Source: Gammaproteobacteria bacterium (GTDB lineage Bacteria; Pseudomonadota; Gammaproteobacteria; SZUA-152). From it: a DNA stretch of 62,576 nucleotides. Positions 1 through 10,209 of the stretch are shown here, one piece after another; the first letter of the stretch is position 1; each line of letters begins with the position of its first letter. The stretch is taken from positions 1 to 62,576 of the forward strand of contig DRKN01000022.1 of assembly GCA_011051755.1 (NCBI GenBank), given 5' to 3'. The translations under genes and the position numbers were made by a program. The notes under the pieces are model-generated. The model was not told where the DNA came from. It ran no database searches and saw only the letters and a program-made list of their open reading frames with translations.

Positions 1-298
1 TATACAAATATCACTACTTTGCAAGCATAATAAGCGCATATTACATGGGTACACTTTGAACCGGAAAGTGCCAAGAATCGAGAAAAAGCTCATGGATATC
101 TGGAGGTTAGAGAGTAAATGAGAGGAATTCTTATTCGAACTTCAGCCTAAACAGGAAATGACCATATAGGGAACAGGTCAACATTGACATCAAAAAACAG
201 TCCACAGAAACACTGGTTTCCAATGCTGGTCACAGAAGGGTCACGACGAATCTCCAGGCTGTTTTTAGACACCCCGGAAAAATCGTGGAAGTGGAATA

Positions 299-375
299 TG
301 GTGGCTATGCCCTGATTCGAACAGGGGACCCCATCATTATGAGTGATGTGCTCTAACCAGCTGAGCTACATAGCC
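299..375 (-). tRNA. tRNA-Met (anticodon CAT, elongator type)
   Basis: The reverse complement reads GGCTATGTAGCTCAGCTGGTTAGAGCACATCACTCATAATGATGGGGTCCCCTGTTCGAATCAGGGCATAGCCACCA. It has a 7-bp acceptor stem, D and T loops, a CTCATAA anticodon loop and an encoded CCA. The layout closely matches E. coli elongator tRNA-Met as I recall it. Confidence 0.93.
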
Positions 376-488
376 ATTTTGCCGCATGACCCCTTAGGAG
401 CCTGTCGGACTTAGGGGATCAAAAAGGAGGCGGAATTCTACGTTTTCCCGCCCCCCTTGTCCAGCCCGAAATGGGCCTTGTCGTCACT

Positions 489-1580
489 TCAGACATTGAA
501 GCGGAAGTGCATCACGTCACCGTCCTGTAGCACGTAGTCCTTGCCTTCCAGGCGCCACTTGCCGGCTTCCTTGGCACCCTGCTCACCCTTGCAGGCAATG
601 AAGTCGTCATAGGCGATGACTTCGGCACGGATGAAGCCTTTTTCGAAGTCGGTATGGATGACACCGGCCGCCTGCGGCGCAGTGGCGCCGACGTGCACAG
701 TCCAGGCACGCACCTCTTTCTCTCCGGCGGTGAAATAGGTGTGCAAGTGCAGCAGGCTGTAACCGGCACGGATAACACGGTTGAGGCCCGGCTCGTCGAT
801 ACCCAGTTCCTGCAGAAATTCGGCACGGTCTTCGTCGTCCAGTTCCGACAGTTCAGCCTCGATAGCGGCACACACGGGTACCACCTGGGCACCTTCGCTG
901 GCAGCCAGTTCGCGCACCTGGTTCAGCGCTGTGTTGTCCTCAAAACCATCTTCAGCAACGTTGGCGATGTACAGGGTGGGCTTGATGGTGAGCAGATGCA
1001 GATCGTGCAGCAAGGCGCGCTGATCATCGTCCAGCGGCAGGGTGCGCGCCGGCTTGCCGGCATCGAGATGCTCGCGCAGGGGCTCGAACACGGCGAGGCG
1101 GGCCTTGGCGTCTTTGTCACCGGATTTGGCCACCTTGGTCTGGCGGGTGATGGCTTTCTCCACCGATTCGAGATCGGCCAGACCCAGTTCGGTATTGATC
1201 ACCTCGACGTCATCCAGCGGGCTGACCTTGCCGGCCACATGCACCACGTCGTCGTCCTCGAAACAACGCACCACATGGGCAATGGCATCGGTCTCACGGA
1301 TGTTGGCGAGGAACTGGTTGCCCAGGCCCTCACCCTTCGAGGCCCCGGCCACCAGGCCGGCGATGTCGACGAACTCGATGGTGGTGGGCAGCTCCCGCTG
1401 GGGCTTGACGATCACCGCCAACGCATCGAGGCGCGGATCCGGCACCGGTACGACGCCGACGTTGGGCTCGATGGTGCAAAAAGGATAGTTGGCGGCCTGG
1501 ATGCCGGCCTTGGTGAGTGCATTGAAAAGGGTCGATTTGCCCACGTTGGGCAGGCCGACAATGCCGCATTTGAATCCCAT
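489..1580 (-). CDS. ychF: Ribosome-binding ATPase YchF
   Basis: 363 aa with the N-terminal P-loop [15 protein letters not shown] and YchF/OLA1 length and layout. It lies downstream of pth, as in many proteobacteria. Confidence 0.93.
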   Translation of the reverse strand: MGFKCGIVGLPNVGKSTLFNALTKAGIQAANYPFCTIEPNVGVVPVPDPRLDALAVIVKPQRELPTTIEFVDIAGLVAGASKGEGLGNQFLANIRETDAIAHVVRCFEDDDVVHVAGKVSPLDDVEVINTELGLADLESVEKAITRQTKVAKSGDKDAKARLAVFEPLREHLDAGKPARTLPLDDDQRALLHDLHLLTIKPTLYIANVAEDGFEDNTALNQVRELAASEGAQVVPVCAAIEAELSELDDEDRAEFLQELGIDEPGLNRVIRAGYSLLHLHTYFTAGEKEVRAWTVHVGATAPQAAGVIHTDFEKGFIRAEVIAYDDFIACKGEQGAKEAGKWRLEGKDYVLQDGDVMHFRFNV

Positions 1581-1614
1581 TTCTCAGTCTCTAATGACAT
1601 ATTTCAGTGGAGAT

Positions 1615-1635
1615 GGTGGGCGATGCCCACCCTAC
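1615..1635 (-). repeat. REP-like hairpin with GTAG head (GTAGGGTGGGCATCGCCCACC on the minus strand)
   Basis: GGTGGGC-GAT-GCCCACC forms a 7-bp stem followed by CTAC. It sits in the pth-ychF spacer. Confidence 0.6.
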
Positions 1636-1670
1636 AAAACCCAAGCACCCAGCCCTGGAGGCCAAGTCCT

Positions 1671-2273
1671 TCATTGACGACGATGCAGCCGGTTCATGGC
1701 CGCCTGCAAGTCACCGTCGATGATCTGCGGCAAGGCACGCAAGGCTTCGTCGACGGCCGCCTCGGTACAAATACGCTCGTCGGGGCCGGCCTTGCTCAGC
1801 ACATAGTTGCTGACCTCGCTCGCATGCCCCGGATGATCGATACCGATGCGCAGGCGTAAAAACTCACGACTCCCCAACTGGCCGATAATGTCGCGCAGGC
1901 CATTGTGCCCACCATGCCCACCGCCCTTCTTCAGGCGCAACTGACCGGCCGGAATGTCCAGCTCGTCATGCACCACCAGAATGGCCTCGGGCGGAATCTT
2001 GTAAAAACGCGCCAACGCGGCCACGGCCTGTCCGCTGCGGTTCATGAAGGTATTTGGCTTCAGCAACCAAAGCTCGCGGCCGTCCAGGTGAAGTTTGCAC
2101 ACTTCGCCGTGAAATTTGGCCTCGGGCCGAAATGTGGCGCCCTTGCTGCGCGCCAGTTCATCGACAAACAAAAAGCCGACGTTGTGCCGCGTCTGCGCAT
2201 ACTTCGGCCCGGGATTTCCCAGGCCAACGATGAGTTGCACAGAATCAGACAACGCCGGCTTTCCGTCGATCAC
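1671..2273 (-). CDS. pth: Peptidyl-tRNA hydrolase
   Basis: 200 aa with LIVGLGNPGPKY...TRHNVGF, the typical Pth N-terminus. It sits in rplY-pth-ychF synteny. Confidence 0.92.
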   Translation of the reverse strand: MIDGKPALSDSVQLIVGLGNPGPKYAQTRHNVGFLFVDELARSKGATFRPEAKFHGEVCKLHLDGRELWLLKPNTFMNRSGQAVAALARFYKIPPEAILVVHDELDIPAGQLRLKKGGGHGGHNGLRDIIGQLGSREFLRLRIGIDHPGHASEVSNYVLSKAGPDERICTEAAVDEALRALPQIIDGDLQAAMNRLHRRQ

Positions 2274-2285
2274 GAAAAGGCGCCC

Positions 2286-2924
2286 TTATTCGGCGGACTC
2301 TTCCTCGCCCGCTTCATCTTCGTTGGCCCCATCATCATCGCTGGCGCCACGCGGCATGTGAATGCTGGCCACCGGCTGATCATGATCATCGCCATGCTGA
2401 AGGGCGGCGATGATGGCTCCTGCGGGCAGCTTGATGTCGCTCAGATGCAAAGAATCACCCGCCTCAAGGGTGGACAGATCCACTTCGAGGTACTCGGGCA
2501 GCTCACCGGCCTTGCAGATGATCTCCACCGAGGTCATCAGGTGCGATACCAGACCGCCGGCCTTGACGCCCGGGGCGACATCTTCGCCAATAAAGTGCAA
2601 TGGCACGGACATGTGGATGACGTCGTCCTCGCCCACACGCAGGAAATCGGCATGCAGCATGCGATTCTTGGCCGGGTGGCGCTGAAGGTCTTTCAGCACT
2701 GCCTTGTACATCTGGCCATCGACGCTGAGGGTAAGAATGTGGGAGTAGAAGGCTTCGTGCTCCAGGCGGTGCATGAAGCTGTCGTGATCCAGGGTCAGGG
2801 AAACCGGATCTTCGCCCGCACCGTACATCACGGCAGGGATTTTGCCGGCATGACGCAGGCGGCGGCTCGCACCTTTCCCCACGTCCATCCGGCGTTCGGC
2901 AGTCAGTGTAAAATCGACTTTCAT
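2286..2924 (-). CDS. rplY: 50S ribosomal protein L25 / general stress protein Ctc
   Basis: MKVDFTLTAERRMDVGKGASRRLRHAGKIPAVMYG is the L25/Ctc N-terminus, and the C-terminal tail is acidic. I moved the start to the internal ATG at 2924; the track ORF extends to 3014. Confidence 0.88.
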   Translation of the reverse strand: MKVDFTLTAERRMDVGKGASRRLRHAGKIPAVMYGAGEDPVSLTLDHDSFMHRLEHEAFYSHILTLSVDGQMYKAVLKDLQRHPAKNRMLHADFLRVGEDDVIHMSVPLHFIGEDVAPGVKAGGLVSHLMTSVEIICKAGELPEYLEVDLSTLEAGDSLHLSDIKLPAGAIIAALQHGDDHDQPVASIHMPRGASDDDGANEDEAGEEESAE

Positions 2925-3036
2925 TGTCTTGCTCCAATCAGTAGTGACAAAAAACCGCGCCCCTTGCGACCAGGGGCGCGGATTATGGCGGGAAAAACCC
3001 CACCAATAATACATTCAGGAATCCGTGGTTTCAGGT

Positions 3037-3975
3037 TTAATCCATAAACAGCGAACTGACCGATTCCTCGTTGCTGACCCGGCGCATGGTTTCCGCCAGC
3101 AACTCGGCAATGGAGAGTTGGCGGATGCGCGTGCAGGCCATGGCCTCTTCGCTCAGCGGAATAGTGTCGGTAACCACCAGCGCGTCGAGTACGGAAGCCT
3201 CGATGTTTTCCACCGCCGGGCCGGACAAAACGGGGTGGGTACAGTAGGCCATCACCCGCGCCGCGCCATTGTCTTTCAGGGCCTGCGCGGCCTTGCACAG
3301 AGTGCCGGCGGTATCGACCAGGTCGTCCACCAACACGCAGCTACGGCCTTCCACGTCGCCGATGATGTTCATCACCTTGGCCTCGTTGGCGCGCGGGCGA
3401 CGCTTGTCGATGATGGCCAGATCGGCATCGTCGAGGCGCTTGGCCAGGGCGCGGGCGCGCACTACACCGCCCACGTCCGGCGATACCACCATCAGCTCCT
3501 GGTATTCCTGACGCCAGATGTCGCCCAGCAAAATCGGTGAGGCGTAAATATTGTCCACCGGTCTGGCAAAGAAGCCCTGTACCTGATCGGCGTGCAGATC
3601 CACGGTCAGCACACGGTCGGCACCGGCAGTGGTAATCATGTCCGCCACCAGCCGCGCGGTCAGCGGCACGCGCGCCGAGCGCGGGCGGCGATCCTGACGC
3701 GAATAGCCGAAATAGGGAATGACGGCGGTAATGCGATAGGCCGAGGCGCGACGCAGGGCGTCGATCATCACCAGCAGCTCCATCAGATTGTCATTGGTGG
3801 GCGAACACGTGGGCTGCACCACGAAAATATCCCGACCACGGACATTTTCCATGATTTCAACCGCGACTTCACCATCGCTGAACTTGCCTACATTGGCCCG
3901 CCCTATGGGCAGACTGAGGTAGTTCACCACCGATCGTGCGAGCTGTGGATTGGCGTTCCCGGTGAACACCATCAT
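3037..3975 (-). CDS. prs: Ribose-phosphate pyrophosphokinase
   Basis: [13 protein letters not shown]..., [11 protein letters not shown] and the PRPP-binding [12 protein letters not shown] motif. The track ORF starts at a GTG at 3990; the ATG at 3975 aligns better with Prs N-termini. Confidence 0.93.
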   Translation of the reverse strand: MMVFTGNANPQLARSVVNYLSLPIGRANVGKFSDGEVAVEIMENVRGRDIFVVQPTCSPTNDNLMELLVMIDALRRASAYRITAVIPYFGYSRQDRRPRSARVPLTARLVADMITTAGADRVLTVDLHADQVQGFFARPVDNIYASPILLGDIWRQEYQELMVVSPDVGGVVRARALAKRLDDADLAIIDKRRPRANEAKVMNIIGDVEGRSCVLVDDLVDTAGTLCKAAQALKDNGAARVMAYCTHPVLSGPAVENIEASVLDALVVTDTIPLSEEAMACTRIRQLSIAELLAETMRRVSNEESVSSLFMD

Positions 3976-4010
3976 GCTGCCGTCAGACACGCGAAACCCC
4001 TGGAGAAATA

Positions 4011-4072
4011 TAGTGTTTAGTGTTGAGTGTTGAGTGCTTAGTTGTTCGTGCTATCACTAAACACTAAACACT
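4011..4072. repeat. Hairpin repeat built from GTGTT(T/G)AGT units
   Basis: The left arm is TAGTGTTTAGTGTTGAGTGTTGAGTGCTTAGT and the right arm is CACTAAACACTAAACACT. The right arm's reverse complement matches the left arm at 17 of 18 positions. It uses the same unit as the tandem array at 19703-19820. Confidence 0.75.
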
Positions 4073-4078
4073 GAATTA

Positions 4079-4153
4079 TGGCTGGGCCGGCAGGATTCGA
4101 ACCTGCGCATGCTGAGATCAAAACCCAGTGCCTTACCGCTTGGCGACGGCCCA
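4079..4153 (-). tRNA. tRNA-Gln (anticodon TTG)
   Basis: The reverse complement reads TGGGCCGTCGCCAAGCGGTAAGGCACTGGGTTTTGATCTCAGCATGCGCAGGTTCGAATCCTGCCGGCCCAGCCA. It folds as a full cloverleaf with a TTTTGAT anticodon loop and an encoded CCA. Confidence 0.93.
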
Positions 4154-4239
4154 ATAAACTATGTACGACGAACCCTGCCTCCCCCAGCAGGATTGTTCGG
4201 CGCGTCCTGCGCCTCACCCCTTCGGTTCCGACGAATTTG

Positions 4240-4296
4240 TCGAACCTGCGCATGCTGAGATCAAAATCCCGCGCCTTACCACTTGGCGACGGCCCG
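4240..4296 (-). pseudogene. Truncated, decayed tRNA-Gln copy (5' two-thirds only)
   Basis: It aligns with positions about 1-57 of the intact tRNA-Gln (CGGGCCGTCGCCAAGTGGTAAGGCGCGGGATTTTGATCTCAGCATGCGCAGGTTCGA). Similarity ends inside the T-loop. The anticodon stem has 2 mismatches, and there is no 3' acceptor strand. Confidence 0.75.
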
Positions 4297-4310
4297 CTAA
4301 AAAAACCTCT

Positions 4311-5159
4311 TCAACCCCCGCAAACCGTCAACAACGGCGAGCGGTTGCAACCCCGCACAACAATTGCGCGCCAGCGGCCTTCGGCCTGCGCGGCCACATC
4401 CCGCGCCTGCGCTTCGCGCTCAAAGGCAGCAAACACGCAGGCACCAGTGCCGGTCATACGACCCGCCGCGCGCGCATTCAACCACGTCAACGCCGCATCG
4501 ACGTCAGGGTAAGCCGCCCGAACCAGAGGTTCGAACACATTTCGCCCATCCCCGGCGAGGTAATCGCGTATTTTGATCGGTTGGAGATCGCGTGTCAATT
4601 GCGGATCAGCAAACAATTCTGCCGTGGCGACATGGGCATCGGGCCGCAGAATCACGAACCAGGGCTCCGGCAGATCGACGACCTGCAACCTTTCACCCAC
4701 CCCCTCGGCCCAGGCGGCGCGGCCGTGCACGAACACGGGCACATCGGCGCCCAGCCTCAGCCCCAGCGCAGCAAGACGGTCTTCCGACAGCCCCAGGCCC
4801 CACAGCCGGTTGAGCGCCACCAAGGTGGTGGCGGCATCGGAACTGCCGCCACCCAGACCGCCGCCCATGGGCAGGCGCTTGTCGATATGGATTTCCACCC
4901 CCTGCGTACAGCCGCTTTCCGCCTGCAAAAGACGCGCCGCCCGCACCGTCAGATCGGCCTCTTCCGCCACGCCGGCAAGCACCTCGCGACGCCGCACCAC
5001 GCCACTGTCATCGACGCGAAAATGCAACTCATCAGCAAAGTCGATGAATTGAAACAGGGTCTGCAACTCGTGGTAGCCATCCATGCGGCGACCGGTGATA
5101 TGCAAAAATAGGTTGAGTTTGGCCGGGGCCGGCCACGACACGGGGGCAAAGTCTTTCAT
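4311..5159 (-). CDS. ispE: 4-diphosphocytidyl-2-C-methyl-D-erythritol kinase
   Basis: PAPAKLNLFLHITGRR at the N-terminus and the GHMP-kinase loop PMGGGLGGGSSDAA. I set the start at the ATG at 5159 to avoid overlapping lolB. Confidence 0.92.
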   Translation of the reverse strand: MKDFAPVSWPAPAKLNLFLHITGRRMDGYHELQTLFQFIDFADELHFRVDDSGVVRRREVLAGVAEEADLTVRAARLLQAESGCTQGVEIHIDKRLPMGGGLGGGSSDAATTLVALNRLWGLGLSEDRLAALGLRLGADVPVFVHGRAAWAEGVGERLQVVDLPEPWFVILRPDAHVATAELFADPQLTRDLQPIKIRDYLAGDGRNVFEPLVRAAYPDVDAALTWLNARAAGRMTGTGACVFAAFEREAQARDVAAQAEGRWRAIVVRGCNRSPLLTVCGG

Positions 5160-5185
5160 GGAAAGCGAGTGTACTGTATCAGCGC

Positions 5186-5794
5186 TCAGACCTGCACATC
5201 CCAACGTTCGATCACTAGACGTACATTCAACCGACTGTTTTCAATAAACATTTTCCGCGGCAAAGCGATATTTTGCACATACATGTAACCCCGATAGCGG
5301 ATATCCCAGCTGGCCTGCTGCATTCGCGCCAAGCGGCCGGCGCCATCATATTCGAGATTTGACGGCATACCCGGCTGCGGCAGACCGGTCACCCAGTAGC
5401 GCAAGCCGGCCACCGGCAGGCGCATACCGAAAAACCGATACAGCAGGCTTTCGGCATCCGGGGCGGTGAATTCCTTGCCGTCGGGCACCGCCATGTGCAC
5501 ACCGGCATCGTCACTGTGCAACCGGGCGGCGCCCATGCCCATCGGCGCATCAAAGGCAATGTGAAACTGCCCGCCTCCCTGCCGCCAACGCAGCTTTCCA
5601 CTCCAGCTGTCGTCCTCCGTGCGCACCGAAATACGACCGGACAAGGCCCATTCATCCAGTCCCGACACCAGGGCCTGGTGCACCTGCCACGCCTGGGCCT
5701 CTTCATGCGACGTCAGTACCGGCCGGCTTGACTGGCTGGCACAACCGCTCAGCAACAGAATGATCGTGAGAACGGCAAAGGCCCGCACTCTCAC
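5186..5794 (-). CDS. lolB: Outer-membrane lipoprotein LolB
   Basis: 202 aa with a signal peptide and lipobox LLSGC. It has LolB size and the conserved position directly upstream of ispE. Confidence 0.8.
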   Translation of the reverse strand: MRVRAFAVLTIILLLSGCASQSSRPVLTSHEEAQAWQVHQALVSGLDEWALSGRISVRTEDDSWSGKLRWRQGGGQFHIAFDAPMGMGAARLHSDDAGVHMAVPDGKEFTAPDAESLLYRFFGMRLPVAGLRYWVTGLPQPGMPSNLEYDGAGRLARMQQASWDIRYRGYMYVQNIALPRKMFIENSRLNVRLVIERWDVQV

Positions 5795-7533
5795 AGGCCG
5801 AACCGTTTCATCACCTTGCGTAGACCATCGTGCCCGGGAAACTGTTTCATGTGCGTCTCCCAGACCTCGGTGGCGGCCTGCCGGTCACCCAGTTTCCACA
5901 GCACTTCGCCAAGGTGGGCGGCAATTTCCGGATCCTTGACCAGATCCAGTGCCTTGCGCAGGTAGTCGCGGGCCTTTTCCAGATTGCCCAGCCGGTAGTG
6001 TACCCAGCCCATGCTGTCAATGATTGCCGCGTCTTCCGGCTCAACGGCCAGGGCGCGCTGAATATAGCCCAGCGCCTCGTCGTAGCGATCCGTGCGATCC
6101 GCCAGGGTGTAACCCAACGCATTGAGGGCCTGGGCGTTGCCGGGCTCGCGTTCGATAATGGCGCGCAGATCCTGTTCCGCCAGATCCAGCTTGTCCAGTC
6201 GTTCCGCGAGCAGGGCGCGGGCATAACGCAGGGCGGTGTTATCCGGTGACGCCTGTAGTTTTTCGCTGAAAAAATCGAATGCCGCCTGGTACTCGCCGGC
6301 CTGCCGCAGCAGTTCGCCCTCAATCAGGGTGAGGCGATGGCGGTCTTCGTCACTATGAACACGCAGGGAGCGCAGTAACTTGCGGGCCTCATCCAACCGC
6401 CCGGCGTCCACCATCAGGCTGGCCGCACGGGCATTGGCATTGATATAGAAATCACCGTGACGTACCGCCAGATAATGCGCCAACGCCTGCTCTTTGTCGC
6501 CCTGCAGCTCATAAATCCGGCCCAGATAGAAATTGGCCTCCAGCATACGTTGCCTCGACGTCAGCACAGCCTTGAGATGGATCTTGGCCGCTTCCAGTTT
6601 CTGCAACTGCAATGACAACACACCGGCGGCATAACGCACCTCGACATTGTTCGGGTAAGCCTCGGCCAGCGCGTTGAACTCCTTCAGCGCCGGCTCCAGC
6701 TGATTGACCTCGGTCAGCAAGCGCGCATAGGTCATGCGTACATCGGGGTCATCAGATAACTCGCCATCGAGTTGGGCGGCCAGATAATCCACCGCCTCTT
6801 GCTGGTGCCCTTGCTGACCCATCACTCGCGCCCGCAGCACCACGACCTGCCGCCAACCGGGCTTCAGTGCCTCGGCCCTGTCCAGTGATGCCAGCGCCTG
6901 ATCGAGCTTGCCCTGACGCATGGACAACCAGGCATGGGCCAGCCAGGCGTGGGGTTCGTCCCCTCGGGTGGCAAGCAGGTTCTCCATCACCGTCATCGCG
7001 GCAACACGGTTTTGTTCGCTCGCCAGCTGATTGGCGACCTGCTGAAAGCCCCGATTAGGCAGGGCCGCAGACAGGCCGAGATAGGCATCAAACTGCGCCT
7101 CCGCCTCCGGCGCACGACCGAAGGTCAGCAACAATGCCCCCAACATACGACGTGCCTCAGGATTTTCCGGCGCCAGTTCGGCCCACAGGCTTGCCGCCTC
7201 CAATGCCGGTTTCAGCGCCTTGGCGAATAACGCCACACGGGCGGCACGTTGCGCAAGGCGGGGCGCGCGAGCCGTCTTCGCAGCCGCCAGATAGTTGGCG
7301 ATGGCAACACCCAGCTGGCCACGCTGCGAGGCGATATCCGCGATCAACAGCTGATACATGACTTCCGGCGGGATATCCCGCTGTGTTACGGGTGCCTCCG
7401 AGGGCGCATCTGATACAGCCGGCGCGCTGACAGTGTCTGAATCCGGCACCTTCGGGGGCGCGGTATCCACCGGACTGACGGCACAGCCTGCTACGGCCAT
7501 GACCGCCAGTAAGACAAACATCAATGGCTTCAT
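5791..7533 (-). CDS. TPR-repeat lipoprotein
   Basis: 580 aa with signal peptide and lipobox AVAGC and many TPR-like A/L/Y-rich repeats. It overlaps the lolB start by 4 nt. A TPR gene sits upstream of lolB in pseudomonads, as I recall. Confidence 0.8.
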   Translation of the reverse strand: MKPLMFVLLAVMAVAGCAVSPVDTAPPKVPDSDTVSAPAVSDAPSEAPVTQRDIPPEVMYQLLIADIASQRGQLGVAIANYLAAAKTARAPRLAQRAARVALFAKALKPALEAASLWAELAPENPEARRMLGALLLTFGRAPEAEAQFDAYLGLSAALPNRGFQQVANQLASEQNRVAAMTVMENLLATRGDEPHAWLAHAWLSMRQGKLDQALASLDRAEALKPGWRQVVVLRARVMGQQGHQQEAVDYLAAQLDGELSDDPDVRMTYARLLTEVNQLEPALKEFNALAEAYPNNVEVRYAAGVLSLQLQKLEAAKIHLKAVLTSRQRMLEANFYLGRIYELQGDKEQALAHYLAVRHGDFYINANARAASLMVDAGRLDEARKLLRSLRVHSDEDRHRLTLIEGELLRQAGEYQAAFDFFSEKLQASPDNTALRYARALLAERLDKLDLAEQDLRAIIEREPGNAQALNALGYTLADRTDRYDEALGYIQRALAVEPEDAAIIDSMGWVHYRLGNLEKARDYLRKALDLVKDPEIAAHLGEVLWKLGDRQAATEVWETHMKQFPGHDGLRKVMKRFGL

Positions 7534-7650
7534 CTATCACTCCATAACGGCCCTGAAGACGGGCCAACATTTTTGTTCGACCACATCGGGCGCGGTTTAT
7601 TCGCTCCGACAGCCCGAGCCCCCCGAGCCCGGCAACGATACCAAACGCCT

Positions 7651-7728
7651 AACCCGGATATTTCATGAAGTCATACATAATCTCGCTTGTGCATTCTTTA
7701 TTATGCATATTCATGAAATATCCCGGTT
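7651..7728. promoter_or_regulatory. Inverted repeat in the divergent TPR-lolB-ispE / hemA promoter region
   Basis: AACCCGGATATTTCATGAA (7651-7669) and TTCATGAAATATCCCGGTT (7710-7728) match at 18 of 19 positions as an inverted repeat. The 40-nt spacer is AT-rich and contains ATGCAT. Confidence 0.5.
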
Positions 7729-7797
7729 AACTTGTATTACTTCGACTTATCACGCAGAATCTTGTGTTCATCAATCGGACGCTAACACTACTGCTGC

Positions 7798-9060
7798 ATG
7801 TCTCTTCTAGCCTTCGGCATTAACCATAAAACAGCTCCGGTGGATATCCGCGAGCGGGTGGCGTTTGCCCCTGGACAACTGATGGACGCCCTGAGAGATC
7901 TGGTCTCGCGTCCGCAGATTCGAGAAGCGGCCATCGTTTCCACCTGTAATCGCACCGAGCTGTACTGTGGCCTACAGTCCGGCGACGGACGGGCCATCGT
8001 CGACTGGTTTCGAGAATATCACAAGCTCGACAAACGAGATATCGACCCCTACATCTACCTGCACCCCGGTGACGAGGCCGTGCGCCACATGCTGCGCGTG
8101 GCCAGCGGACTGGACTCGCTGGTGCTCGGCGAGCCGCAGATCCTCGGCCAGATCAAGGATGCCTACGCCACCGCCAGCGAGGCGGGAACCCTGGGCGGAC
8201 ATCTCGACCGCCTGTTCCAGCACACCTTCTCCGTCGCCAAGCGAGTGCGTACGGATACCGCTATCGGCGCCAGCGCGGTATCCGTGGCCTTCGCCGCAGT
8301 CAGCCTGTCGAAACAGATTTTCAGTAATTTCGAGGATCATACGGCACTGCTCATCGGTGCCGGCGAGACCATCGAGCTGACGGCCCGCCACCTGCACCAA
8401 AGCGGCATCGGACGCATGATCATCGCCAACCGCACCGTGGAAAACGCCCACGCCCTGGCACAGGAATTCAGCGCCTACGCCATCGCCCTGCCGGAGATCA
8501 ACGACCACCTGGCCGAGGCCGACATCGTCATATCCTCCACCGCCGCCCCGCTGCCCATCCTCGGCAAAGGCAGCGTGGAGACCGCCCTCAAGGCGCGCAA
8601 ACACAAACCCATGCTATTGGTGGATATCGCCGTACCACGCGACATCGAACCCGAGGTCAGCAACCTCGACGACGTCTACCTGTACACCGTGGACGACCTG
8701 CAGGACATCATCCAGGAAGGCCTGCGCTCACGCCAGGAAGCCGCTCAGCAGGCCGAGGAGATTATCGACGCCCAGGTCTCCCACTTCATGCACTGGCTGC
8801 AGTCGCTGAATGCCGTATCCACCATCCGCGCCCTGCGCAGCAAGGCCCGCGCGCAGAAAGACGAGGAACTGGAACGCGCCCTGCGCCTGCTGCACGCCGG
8901 CAAGGATCCCGAACAAGTCATGAGTGAACTGGCCCTGCGCCTCACCAACAAGCTGATCCACACTCCCAGCGTACAACTCAAGCACGCCGGCTACGACGAC
9001 CGTCGTGAGGTCTTCGCGACAGCCCATGAGCTGTTCGAACTCGACGACGACGGTCTCTAG
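7798..9060 (+). CDS. hemA: Glutamyl-tRNA reductase
   Basis: [23 protein letters not shown], the active-site segment STCNRTE, and an NADPH-fold [10 protein letters not shown]. Confidence 0.95.
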   Translation: MSLLAFGINHKTAPVDIRERVAFAPGQLMDALRDLVSRPQIREAAIVSTCNRTELYCGLQSGDGRAIVDWFREYHKLDKRDIDPYIYLHPGDEAVRHMLRVASGLDSLVLGEPQILGQIKDAYATASEAGTLGGHLDRLFQHTFSVAKRVRTDTAIGASAVSVAFAAVSLSKQIFSNFEDHTALLIGAGETIELTARHLHQSGIGRMIIANRTVENAHALAQEFSAYAIALPEINDHLAEADIVISSTAAPLPILGKGSVETALKARKHKPMLLVDIAVPRDIEPEVSNLDDVYLYTVDDLQDIIQEGLRSRQEAAQQAEEIIDAQVSHFMHWLQSLNAVSTIRALRSKARAQKDEELERALRLLHAGKDPEQVMSELALRLTNKLIHTPSVQLKHAGYDDRREVFATAHELFELDDDGL

Positions 9061-9123
9061 CGCTCGATCCACCGCCCGCCCTGCGGCACCCTCTCCCCCT
9101 TAATCCACCACGTAGAAGTACAG

Positions 9124-10209
9124 ATGAAACCGTCCATCCATCACAAGCTGGAAACCATCGGCGAACGCCTCGAGGAAATCAGCGGCCTGCTCGCCGACCC
9201 CGGCGTTATTTCGGATCAGAACCAGTTCCGCGAGCTGTCGCAGGAATACGCACAAATCGAACCGGTCGCCAAATGCTTCGCGCAATACCGCTGCACCCTG
9301 GATGACATCAGCGAAGCGAACACCCTACTCAGCGACGACGACCCGGACATGCGTGAGATGGGCGAGGAAGAACTGAAGACCGCCAAGGCCCGCCGCAATG
9401 CGCTGGAACTGGAACTGCAAAAACTGCTGCTGCCCACAGATCCCAACGACAACAGCAACATCTTCCTCGAAATCCGCGCCGGTACCGGTGGCGACGAAGC
9501 GGCGCTGTTCGCCGGTGACCTGTTTCGTATGTATTCACGCTATGCCGAGCGCCGCCGTTGGCGGATCGAGATCATCACTGAAAGCCAGGGCGAGCACGGT
9601 GGTTACAAGGAAATCATCCTGCGCATCATCGGTCAGGGCGCTTGGTCGCGACTCAAGTTCGAGTCCGGCGGGCACCGCGTGCAGCGCGTGCCGGAAACAG
9701 AATCCCAGGGCCGCATCCACACCTCCGCCTGCACCGTGGCGGTCATGCCCGAGGTGGCCGAGGTGGCCCAGATCGAGATCAACGCCGCCGACCTGAAGGT
9801 CGACACCTTCCGCGCCAGCGGCGCCGGTGGCCAGCACGTCAACAAGACCGACTCCGCCATCCGCATCACCCACCTGCCCACCGGTACCGTGGTGGAATGC
9901 CAAGACGAGCGCTCGCAACACAAGAACCGTGCCCGCGCCATGGCCCTGCTGGCCGCCCGTATCACTGCCGCAGAGCGCGAAAAACAGGAGGCCGAACAGG
10001 CCGCCACACGAAAATCCCTGGTCGGCAGCGGCGACCGCTCCGGGCGCATCCGCACCTACAATTTTCCGCAGGGGCGCATCACCGACCACCGCATCAACCT
10101 CACCCTCTACAAGCTCGACGAGGTCATGCAGGGCGACCTCGAACCGATCATCGAGCCGCTGGTCAACGAACACCAGATCCAGCAACTGGCACAGCTGAGC
10201 GAAGACTGA
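9124..10209 (+). CDS. prfA: Peptide chain release factor 1
   Basis: GGQ motif ([23 protein letters not shown]) and an RF1-type P-x-T tripeptide ([14 protein letters not shown]). Confidence 0.95.
   Translation: MKPSIHHKLETIGERLEEISGLLADPGVISDQNQFRELSQEYAQIEPVAKCFAQYRCTLDDISEANTLLSDDDPDMREMGEEELKTAKARRNALELELQKLLLPTDPNDNSNIFLEIRAGTGGDEAALFAGDLFRMYSRYAERRRWRIEIITESQGEHGGYKEIILRIIGQGAWSRLKFESGGHRVQRVPETESQGRIHTSACTVAVMPEVAEVAQIEINAADLKVDTFRASGAGGQHVNKTDSAIRITHLPTGTVVECQDERSQHKNRARAMALLAARITAAEREKQEAEQAATRKSLVGSGDRSGRIRTYNFPQGRITDHRINLTLYKLDEVMQGDLEPIIEPLVNEHQIQQLAQLSED

Noticed and set aside
654-1859. Long antisense ORFs over GC-rich genes, for example 654-1859, 1905-3047, 24573-25562, 34368-35645, 35730-36674, 49381-50355, 50521-51414 and 58998-59888
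   Set aside because: Each lies opposite a confidently identified gene. The translations are Arg/Gly/His/Ala-rich without motifs, which is typical stop-codon-poor shadow frames in high-GC DNA.
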